Assembly (NCBI GenBank): GCA_963823655.1
Contig: CAWGMK010000010.1
Coordinates: forward strand, 256,001 to 320,000
Origin: an uncultured Bacillota bacterium
GTDB lineage: Bacteria; Bacillota; DTU025; MWDF01
Reading direction: 5' to 3'
DNA length: 64,000 bases
The notes beneath the pieces were generated by a model. That model had not been told where the DNA came from and did no database searches. It was given only the letters and a program-made list of their open reading frames with translations. Shown here piece after piece: positions 55,863-64,000 of this stretch. Positions within the stretch are counted from its first letter, which is position 1. Each line of letters starts with the position of its first letter. The translations under genes were made by a program, and so were the position numbers.

Positions 55863-56153
55863 TCCATCGCCTCCAAGTTGTTAAGACTCGATGATTAGAA
55901 TATTGAGCATTCTGCGAATAATCCCAAAATCCTTGATTGAGGTGAGAGAAAAGTGAATGTGACAGGATCAAACTACAATGAGCCATGACTGACTTGAGCT
56001 TGAATTTCGCAGTATACCCAAACCGAATGCGTGAAAATGCTCCCCCGGGATAGTTGAGATCTCTTCACTGTCCCATTAGAGGGAGCATATCATCGGCTGA
56101 AGGAAGCCGCATATTTGCGGTTCCGGTCAGCCGGAAGGCTGCCTAAAATGCCA

Positions 56154-57008
56154 TTATATCCTTGAAAGCACAGCCGATATTTGCTGGGGATACGGGCCGT
56201 TGATCACTACGCTGTCTTTGAAGGTATAGTATCCGGGAAGGACCAGCGTTACCTCATAATCACCATAGTTCAGGTTATTGACGCTCATCGGAGTATTGCC
56301 TATGGCGTTGCCGTTGAGGAATACTTTCGCCCCGGACGGGCTTGAAGTTATGTGCAAGCCGCCATTGTAGGTTACGTGAGGGGTTACTACGGGGGGCGTA
56401 ATTATGATCGAATTCACTCTAGGCGGCTCGGGCGGCGAAGCCGCACTGCTGACTAAAAATGTCACATAGGCGCTTGACCAATCATCATCGAAAGTCGGAT
56501 TAAGCGATATGGACTTTATCTGTACCAAGAAAGTGTCAGCATTGATGTTTATATTTATCTGAGGTGCGAAGTTGTTGTTGCTCAGCGAGGCTGCAAGCCA
56601 GCCGGTGTCCTTGATCTTCTTGGGAGTAGCTATCAATACCAGCTGGACAGTGCCCCTTGTGCCCGGAGCAGTCATTGCGTATCTGCCGTTATCGGGTATG
56701 CTGTAGATCTGGTTTGCCTTCAGCTTATTCTCATCCGAATGGATATTCGGGAAAATCATCCTTACAACACCATCATCGTCTACAGAGAAGACATATGCAT
56801 ATGAGGCCTCTTCGACGCTGAAGCTGACGGTCATCTTCTCGCCCGCGCTGTAGCTCTTCTTGTCGGTCCATATAGAAGTCTTGTAAGGCTGCTTATTGTT
56901 CATGATCGCTCCCTTAACATTGGGGGAGGAGGCAACACCCACAAGGGCGGTCATGAGGATCACGGCTGTGATCATTGTTAACAAGATCGCGGTTCTTAGG
57001 TTCTTCAT
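56154..57008 (-). CDS. DUF4384 + PEGA domain exported protein
   Basis: Signal peptide; WTDK..Y..GE, YAYVFSVD..G....IFPN; ITSSPSGAKVFLNG..IG.TP PEGA repeat. Confidence 0.82.
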   Translation of the reverse strand: MKNLRTAILLTMITAVILMTALVGVASSPNVKGAIMNNKQPYKTSIWTDKKSYSAGEKMTVSFSVEEASYAYVFSVDDDGVVRMIFPNIHSDENKLKANQIYSIPDNGRYAMTAPGTRGTVQLVLIATPKKIKDTGWLAASLSNNNFAPQINININADTFLVQIKSISLNPTFDDDWSSAYVTFLVSSAASPPEPPRVNSIIITPPVVTPHVTYNGGLHITSSPSGAKVFLNGNAIGNTPMSVNNLNYGDYEVTLVLPGYYTFKDSVVINGPYPQQISAVLSRI

Positions 57009-57386
57009 AGGTTCACTTACTTTCTCCGGCGGCTTGAGCCGCCAATAAACATATTCTTCGGGCTGTTCATATCGACGTCTATTCAACAGTTCATTTGGCG
57101 AAAGGTCCTCTACCGCCCGTCTTTTCCCCTAAACAGAATTATCCTTTGGACATAATCCGGGTCCGAATGCAGTTCTGCCAAGAAAAAGGAGCCTTGTGGA
57201 AAAGAACCTCATTTAATATTCCTATTAATTATTGTATCATAATTACAATAAATTATTTGAAAATTATATGAATATTTAATATGAACTTTTATTTTAAAGG
57301 AATCTGCAAAGTAGATTACAAGGAATCCGCAATAGATGATAGAATGCGAATTTAGCAAAGGGATCGAATGAAGGGTGGTTTAGAAG

Positions 57387-57569
57387 ATGAGCAGGGAAGT
57401 TCACGGGGGTGCCCCCGCAGGCGCAATCTATGGCCTTGGCTTTATAGGGGCTGCTGTCTATTTCATATCTCAGGCCAATGGCTTCTGGATGGGCGTGCTT
57501 GGTTTTCTAAAGGCGATGGTATGGCCGGCGTTCTTGGTGCATAAATTACTGGAATACCTGAAAGTCTAG
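57387..57569 (+). CDS. Small conserved membrane protein
   Basis: YGLGFIGAAVYFI..A.GFWMGVLGFLKA.VWPAFLV. Confidence 0.7.
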   Translation: MSREVHGGAPAGAIYGLGFIGAAVYFISQANGFWMGVLGFLKAMVWPAFLVHKLLEYLKV

Positions 57570-57824
57570 GCAATATTTGCTTTCACAAAAAAAGCGGCTA
57601 CGTTAATGTCGACCGCCGGCGCCATGAGCCGGATACCGGTTCCCGTGCGCAGGATTTTCCCTAAGGGCCCTTAGGCTGGGCATAAACCGGCCAAAGGGCC
57701 CTTGATTTTATAGCTTTTGCCAGTCGGCCTGAAAATCTGTGAGACACAAGAGATACATTAGCAGTGCGGCAGCTTTACTGGCGCGGCGGTACTGCAAATT
57801 GGCCAGTTATTATCAGCTTGTTCT

Positions 57825-58553
57825 TCACGTTTTCATCTGCCTTCTGAATGCCCATATCGCGACTAGGAAAACTATGACAGCGTATCCGGTTACCCACGAG
57901 AGATGTGATATCATCGATGGATATTGACCTGCAAGAGAAGCCTTTGCCGCTGACACTGCATGCGAGAATGGGAGCGCCCCCGCAACCTTGTTAAGAGTGC
58001 CTCCGACTGCCTCGAAATCGATCCACATCCCGCTTAAGAATGCCACTATCCAGGCAAAGATTGAGAAAACCCCGCCCACCTGCCTGTCGGTGAAGATGCT
58101 TCCGAAAAGCAGCCCGAAACCAGTGAAAAGCACGGCGGACGGTATCAAAGCTAGCAGAGTAACCAGGATATTCACAGTAACCGGCAGCCCCATGAAGGCA
58201 GCGGCAGCGAAAAAGACGGCGCTTTGCAACAGGGCGATGGGCAAAAGGGGCAAGGAGTAGCCGAGTATGAAGTCTGAGGCGGAAAGAGGAGACGCGAACA
58301 ACCTAATGAGAAAAGATGTGCTCCTGTCCTTGCTTATTAGCATTCCTAGGAATAAGGTGAGGAACGAGAAGCCGAATACTGCGGTACCCGGAGCGAAATT
58401 CTGGATCTCGAACAGCTTGAATGCAGGCAGGCTCCTGTTGAGGATCTCGACCAGGACGAGCAAGAAAAGCGGGAATGCAATACAAAAGACCAAGCTTAGG
58501 GGGTCTCTTAGCAATTCCTTGCTGTTTCGTGACGCAAAAGCAGGAAATCTCAT
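57825..58553 (-). CDS. ABC-2 type permease
   Basis: KELLRDP, RL.ASP, LSG.W, LPF.HAV. Confidence 0.88.
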   Translation of the reverse strand: MRFPAFASRNSKELLRDPLSLVFCIAFPLFLLVLVEILNRSLPAFKLFEIQNFAPGTAVFGFSFLTLFLGMLISKDRSTSFLIRLFASPLSASDFILGYSLPLLPIALLQSAVFFAAAAFMGLPVTVNILVTLLALIPSAVLFTGFGLLFGSIFTDRQVGGVFSIFAWIVAFLSGMWIDFEAVGGTLNKVAGALPFSHAVSAAKASLAGQYPSMISHLSWVTGYAVIVFLVAIWAFRRQMKT

Positions 58554-59281
58554 GATTGCCCCTCCATTCCCGTTAGCGCTATGAACGCATCCTCAAAAGT
58601 CGTCTTGCCGGTCTGCAGTTTCAGCTGCTGCGCCGTTCCAAGGGCTTTTAGCTTTCCATCATGCAGTATTCCTATCCGGTCGGATAAGGCTTCCGCCTCC
58701 TCAAGGTAGTGTGTGGTCAGCACCATGGTTATCCTGCCCTTCAGGCCGGTCATCACCTTCCACAGCTCGCGCCTTGCAATCACATCCAGGCCAAGGGTCG
58801 GTTCATCGAGGAAGATTATTTCAGGGTCCGATATAAGGGCCATTGCAATGCTAAGGCGCCTTTGAAGCCCTCCGGACAGGGTTTTAGCCTTGTCCTTGGA
58901 TCTTTCCAGCAGCCCGAATGACCGAAGCATTTCATCGGCCTTCAGCAGGGCCTCACTCTTTGTGCTTCCATAGATCCTCGCGATGAACTCCAGGTTCTCC
59001 CTGACCGACAGATTGGGAGCTATAGCGGTCTCCTGAGGGGAGACGTTAACCTTCTGTTTCACTGCATTAGGATTATCCACAATACTGTCACCAAGCAGCA
59101 CCGCATCCCCGCTTGTGGGCGCTAACAGGCAACACAGCATCTTTATGGCGGTCGTCTTGCCGGCGCCGTTTAGCCCAAGCAAAGCGAAAAGCTCGCCCTT
59201 TTCGATATTCAGGTCGAGTGCATCAACGGCCGTCCGGCCTTTGAACTTCTTAGTCAAACCGATTGTATGGATTGCCGTCAT
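58550..59281 (-). CDS. ABC transporter ATP-binding protein
   Basis: GLNGAGKT, LSGG, FLDEPT, TTHY. Confidence 0.93.
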   Translation of the reverse strand: MTAIHTIGLTKKFKGRTAVDALDLNIEKGELFALLGLNGAGKTTAIKMLCCLLAPTSGDAVLLGDSIVDNPNAVKQKVNVSPQETAIAPNLSVRENLEFIARIYGSTKSEALLKADEMLRSFGLLERSKDKAKTLSGGLQRRLSIAMALISDPEIIFLDEPTLGLDVIARRELWKVMTGLKGRITMVLTTHYLEEAEALSDRIGILHDGKLKALGTAQQLKLQTGKTTFEDAFIALTGMEGQS

Positions 59282-59565
59282 TTTTCCCACCGACTTCCTC
59301 TTCCCGAGTAATAGCCCATACAAGCCCTCTTTTATCACCCTTTAGAAGGCGTGTGTTCGACAGGGCCTTTTTAGCAATAACTATAGTAATATTGGATATC
59401 CGGGCGAGAATCCCTTTGTTCCAAGCAGAGAGCGCCTCAAACTGCAATGCACTAGGGCTTGTACTGGAAAACAGACGATAGTTGTATGTAAGTTAATAGC
59501 CATATAGGCTGCAATGCCGCATAATATAAGAGTAGCGGTAAGAATCCATTTGGAGGTAATGTTCG

Positions 59566-60754
59566 ATGACCTACAAGTATGCCGAAAGGATCAAATACGT
59601 CAAGCCGTCAGCGATTCGCGAATTGCTGAAACTTGGAGCCGATCCTGAAATCATCTCCTTCGGCGGCGGCTATCCCGATCCTGACATCTTCCCGATCGAA
59701 AAGCTGCGCAAAGTCTTTGATTCAGTGCTTCTCAACAATGGGCGGCAGGCGCTGCAGTATACGACATCTGAAGGGCTTCCATCCCTAAGGCAGAAGCTCG
59801 CTGCCCGCTCGATAAGAGCCGGCGTCCCATGTAAGATGGAGAACATCTTCATAATCCAGGGCGCCCAGCAGGGACTGGATGTAGTCGCAAAGATGTTCAT
59901 CGACAGAGGGGACGTCATAATTACCGAGAACCCGACATTTATTGGTGCGCTTATCGCCTTCAACCCATATGAGCCGAAGTATGTCGCGGTTTCAATGGAT
60001 GACGAGGGCTTGAAAACAGATGAGCTGGAGCAGGCGCTTAAAGACAATCCCAAAACCAAGTTCATATATACGATACCCGACTTCCAGAATCCCACCGGCA
60101 TCAGCATGAGCCTTGCGCGCAGGAAGCGCATCGTCGAGCTGGCCAATGAGTACGATGTGATGGTCCTTGAGGACAGCCCTTACCGCGAAATACGCTTTGA
60201 AGGGGAAACAATCCCATCAATAAAGAGCTTTGATACGGAAGGCCGGGTAATCCAGGTTTGTAGCTTCTCAAAGATACTTTGCCCGGGCATGCGCCTGGGA
60301 TGGCTAATTGCCGAAGCCGAGCTGGCGGAAAAGCTCTGCCTTCTTAAGATGGCCGCAGACACCCAGAACTCAACATTGAACATGTACGCGGCGAACAGCT
60401 TCATGGAGATGTACGACATGGACGAGCACATCGAAGATGATCCGCAAGGCATATAAGTTGAAAAAGGACCTTATGCTGGATACGATCAGGGAGGCATTCC
60501 CGGCCAACGTCTCCTACACGAATCCGCAGGGTGGCCTTTTCACATGGCTTACCTTCATTAAGGATCTGGATGCTACGTGGCTCATGAAGGAGAGGACCCT
60601 GCCAGAAATTAAGGTTGCCTACGTGCCCGGCGCGACTTTCTATCCGGTCAATGAGGAGAAGAACCATTGCCGCGTCAATTATTCGTGCATGTCGAAGGAG
60701 AAGATAGTCGACGGGATAACAAAGCTCGGCAAGATACTGAAAGAGTATAAGTAA
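59566..60754 (+). CDS. PLP-dependent aminotransferase (2-aminoadipate/aromatic, class I), frameshifted near 60440
   Basis: SAIRELL, FGGG.P, FQNPTG, ED.PY, SFSK...PG.RLGW, PQGGLF. Confidence 0.9.
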
Positions 60755-60798
60755 AGAATTTGTTGACCGGGGCCCTAAGTAAGACTCAATGAACAACG

Positions 60799-60823
60799 AA
60801 GGCGGCCTATAAAAGGCCGCCTT
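60799..60823. terminator. Bidirectional terminator
   Basis: AAGGCGGCCT / AGGCCGCCTT between convergent genes. Confidence 0.7.
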
Positions 60824-60856
60824 TAGATTCACCTCGAATGATCCATGGCAAATGAA

Positions 60857-62104
60857 CTAGCCTCTGGCTTCCAGATTCTCCATCAACCTGGCCCAGACCA
60901 ACTGAGTTTTGAGAAACTGCTCGTAATGCTTTTTCACATTCCGGTGGTATCTCTCAAGTTCATTGATTATCCCGTTAAATCCGGGATGTCCGAAGAACTT
61001 GCTCACTTTAGGAAGCGTTTCATTCAGCTTGGACCTCATCTCACCGATCTTCTCCTCGTAGTGCTCCGGTTGCGTAATAAAAAGGAGCAAGGGCTTGTAG
61101 CGCACCCAGCCTATGCAGGCTCTATAGAAGCGGTCGATGATTTTCTCATCCTCTGCTTTTACGAATCTCAAATGGATGGGAAGTACACCTTCCAGCAGGT
61201 GGTTGTAGGTAGAGAACCCGTCATGGAATGTATAGGCGGGCACGCGGAGCACGCGCCTTTCGCCAAGGCATGTGCTTAGGAACGTATCTTCACCTCTGGC
61301 CATGGGCGGATTGTAGAAGGGGAATATCCTCGAAGGTTTTGTCAGGTTGATGCACAGGTTCGCACCGGAGATGAACTTTGCTCGGTTCACTTCCTTTACT
61401 TCTGCAGCGGTATCGCTTATGAGGACGGAAGTTTCGGCATAGCTTACGCCGCCGTCTTTCATTATCTTCTTCAGCTTGTCCCAGCTTATGATGTCATTGC
61501 TGATGGCTTCTATGAATGAGCGGAAAACAGCCTCCGTCATAGTTTCGTCGAAGTCGATATATGGGATTGGGGAAATGTAGCCGCAATGATGCCCGTGGGT
61601 GATATCCGCGTCCTTAATATACTTCAGATGGGTCGCCAGGACGTGTTGGCCGCCCCAGACTGCGGTATTCCTGGTGTTCGTAACAGCGAGCGGATACTCG
61701 TCGTCGTCGATGAAGATCAAGTAGTCCATCTTCGCCTTTATCGCGCTATACAGCACGGAATTCCGCTTTGCCGCATAGCCTCTGCCGAATATGCCCACCG
61801 CCTCGTCTTCGCTTATGACATCATGCCTTATAAGATCCTCGATCTCCTTCTGCTGCGAAGGGCCCCCAATGAAATGCCTGCTGTCGATCTGATGGGCCAA
61901 TTCCGGGTGTATAGCCGTGTAATCCGAGACCTGGGTGTTCTGGTAATGGAGATCGTACGCTACGAATAGGTTCAAGCTCACGTTCTTGTCGTCAACCAGG
62001 CCTGATTCTTTCCAGCTGTGAATATATGTTCGCAAAACCTTCAGGAAGCTCTTTCTGCCGGTCGCGAAACCTACTCCAACTCTAATCTTATCGGCGCCCT
62101 GCAT
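60857..62104 (-). CDS. Hypothetical protein, possible GT-A fold
   Basis: FIDDDEY (DXD), GANL, RGED; AGGAGG RBS. Confidence 0.6.
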   Translation of the reverse strand: MQGADKIRVGVGFATGRKSFLKVLRTYIHSWKESGLVDDKNVSLNLFVAYDLHYQNTQVSDYTAIHPELAHQIDSRHFIGGPSQQKEIEDLIRHDVISEDEAVGIFGRGYAAKRNSVLYSAIKAKMDYLIFIDDDEYPLAVTNTRNTAVWGGQHVLATHLKYIKDADITHGHHCGYISPIPYIDFDETMTEAVFRSFIEAISNDIISWDKLKKIMKDGGVSYAETSVLISDTAAEVKEVNRAKFISGANLCINLTKPSRIFPFYNPPMARGEDTFLSTCLGERRVLRVPAYTFHDGFSTYNHLLEGVLPIHLRFVKAEDEKIIDRFYRACIGWVRYKPLLLFITQPEHYEEKIGEMRSKLNETLPKVSKFFGHPGFNGIINELERYHRNVKKHYEQFLKTQLVWARLMENLEARG

Positions 62105-62299
62105 TAACAATCCTCCTTCGATCAAGAACCGAGATGTATCTCCACGGAATTTGGATTCGAACTCAATATCTATAACGAAATAACGCTCTCTCCGAGTTAT
62201 CGCTAGAAATAAACCCTGTACAATGCGGCAAAAATAAGAAGGCGCACTGGCTTGTCGGCCATGTGCGTCCTTCGAATTTCCATATACTTCAGCGTTCGC

Positions 62300-63517
62300 C
62301 TATTTTGTGTGCAGTATCTTCTCCACTCTAGGCGCTCTGAGCGTGCTTGCCGCCGGCATGTTAGATCCTAGAAGCGGCAGCAGATAGTACTTGAATGCGT
62401 CGGTGACGTTGTTGCCTGCGGAATTTATAAAATCATCAGGCATCAGCCTTGTCTTTCCTGCTATATCCTTAAGCGGCCTAAGCTTGTAGTCTACGGAGTA
62501 GAAGCCAGTCCTCTGTATGGTTATCGAGCCATCGATATTGTGCCATATGGCAAACTGCGCCGACTTCTCGCCGACCTCCCTTGCCTCCCTCTGGTCTACG
62601 TCAGAGACGCATCCCATGAAGGAGCGCTGCACGTAACCCAGGGTATCCGAACGTACGCGAGAAATGCTCAGCTTCTCTTTTATATAATTGCTAAGCAGGT
62701 CTCCCAAAGCGCCTGTGCCCGAAAGCTGCATGTTGCCGTGGGCGTCCTTCTCCCTTTTGCCGAGCTTGCTCACAATAGGTACGCCGTTTTCATCCTGGAT
62801 GCCTTCGGAGACTGCGATTACGCACCTTCCGTTCCTGTCGTAGATGTTCTTAACGTCTAGCAGGAACTTGTCCATATCGAATGCCCGCTCCGGCAGGTAA
62901 ATTAGGTGCGGCCCGTCCTCGGGGTACTTCTGGGCGATGGATGAAGACGCTGTAAGGAAGCCTGCGTGGCGGCCCATCACAACTCCGATATGAACGCCGG
63001 GAAGCGACTTGTTATCCAGGTTTATCCCGATGAAGGCCTGGGCGACATACTTGGCAGCTGAAGGGAAGCCGGGTGTATGGTCGTTGAATACCAGGTCGTT
63101 ATCTATGGTCTTGGGTATATGGATGGCCCTGAACTCGTAGTCGAACATGTCAGCCTGCTCGTTCACGATGCGGACCGTGTCGGCAAAATCATTGCCTCCG
63201 ATATAGAAGAAGTATCTTACGTCATGTGCGCGAAAGACCTTCATTATTTCCTTGCAGTAAGCCTCATCCGGCTTGTCCCTCGTTGAGAACAGCGCAGATG
63301 AAGGGGTCGTGGCTACCCTTTCCAGGTTGTTCGTCGTCTCCTGGGTCAAGTCGAGGAAGTCCTCGTTGATAATCCCCTCTACTCCGTTGATCGCCCCGTA
63401 TACCTTGGTTATCTGCTTGAACTTCCTGGATTCAAGGACGACGCCTACCAGGGACTGGTTGATTACTGCGGTGGGGCCCCCGCCCTGGGCTACTACTACT
63501 TTGCCTTCCAACTCCAC
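62300..63517 (-). CDS. pfp: 6-phosphofructokinase, PPi-dependent type
   Basis: GGGPTAVIN, GGND, PKTIDND, MGRHAG. Confidence 0.88.
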   Translation of the reverse strand: MELEGKVVVAQGGGPTAVINQSLVGVVLESRKFKQITKVYGAINGVEGIINEDFLDLTQETTNNLERVATTPSSALFSTRDKPDEAYCKEIMKVFRAHDVRYFFYIGGNDFADTVRIVNEQADMFDYEFRAIHIPKTIDNDLVFNDHTPGFPSAAKYVAQAFIGINLDNKSLPGVHIGVVMGRHAGFLTASSSIAQKYPEDGPHLIYLPERAFDMDKFLLDVKNIYDRNGRCVIAVSEGIQDENGVPIVSKLGKREKDAHGNMQLSGTGALGDLLSNYIKEKLSISRVRSDTLGYVQRSFMGCVSDVDQREAREVGEKSAQFAIWHNIDGSITIQRTGFYSVDYKLRPLKDIAGKTRLMPDDFINSAGNNVTDAFKYYLLPLLGSNMPAASTLRAPRVEKILHTK

Positions 63518-63754
63518 TCCAAATCACTTACTTTCCTCGGAATCTTTATAAACATTATAGGGTCTGGGACACGGTTTTGTTAGCCCCAAAGCATTGCCCG
63601 GGAAATCAATTGGCTGAAACAGATAGCTCTTGCAAGTGCGCCGGGAAATGAGCGAACAAGGCGAACGTAATTTTGTCCACAGAATAACAAAAGCATCCCT
63701 CAGCCTAAGCAGGGGATGCTCTTGGAAGCTTAATCACGATGACCCCTATATGCG

Positions 63755-64000
63755 CTAAACCGCCTTTACTTCTAGCTTCTTGTCCAGGTCGCGCACAAGA
63801 AGCTGGTAGGCGACAGTCACAATGGGAACGCCCAGCACCATACCCAGCACGCCGAAGAGCCCGCCTCCTACAATTATGACAAGAAGCAGCCACAGAGGCG
63901 GCAGCCCTATAGATTGCCCTACTACCCTGGGGTAGATGATATTGCCCTCTATCTGCTGCAGTATAACGATGAAGAGTATGAACCACAGCGCTTTGACCGG
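63755..64000 (-). CDS. AI-2E family transporter, 3' portion
   Basis: QQIEGNIIYPRVVG..IGLPP...GGGLFGVLGM.LGVP. Confidence 0.85.
   Translation of the reverse strand, partial: PVKALWFILFIVILQQIEGNIIYPRVVGQSIGLPPLWLLLVIIVGGGLFGVLGMVLGVPIVTVAYQLLVRDLDKKLEVKAV

Noticed and set aside
1-64000. CRISPR array, rRNA, prophage or defence genes
   Set aside because: No regularly spaced repeats, rRNA signatures, integrase or phage genes were seen

Overview
Chromosomal window from an anaerobic bacterium, most likely Bacillota/Clostridia-like (fabK/fabH cluster with FabT-type boxes, C. acetobutylicum-type aro gene order, PPi-type PFK); the taxonomy is an inference. Many genes, including housekeeping ones (fabF, aroA, tyrA, cinA), are split by 1-bp indels, which points to an unpolished long-read consensus rather than real pseudogenes. 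Contents in order: Fe3+/sugar-phosphate-type ABC transporter; two Zn-ribbon acyltransferase paralogs flanking a 4-gene sugar-modification cassette; a D-glutamate cyclase/GGT/DUF6305/TRAP-like/M14 deacylase/cupin cluster; GH3 glucosidase; tRNA-Leu(CAG) with a 2.6-kb integrase-less islet; a shikimate operon whose first two genes (aroF, aroB) appear deleted, preceded by a Tyr-rich leader-peptide attenuator; a secreted beta-propeller gene with an in-frame Cys-TGA and a SECIS-like hairpin (candidate new selenoprotein, the top finding); an M4/M36 peptidase; MFS and ABC exporters; ApbE plus FMN-binding protein; cinA; the FAS II cluster; an aminotransferase; a GT-A-like protein; PPi-PFK. Four conserved positions carry C->T changes at GAWTC sites, a possible methylation footprint. 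No database searches were run; all calls rest on motifs recognised by eye.
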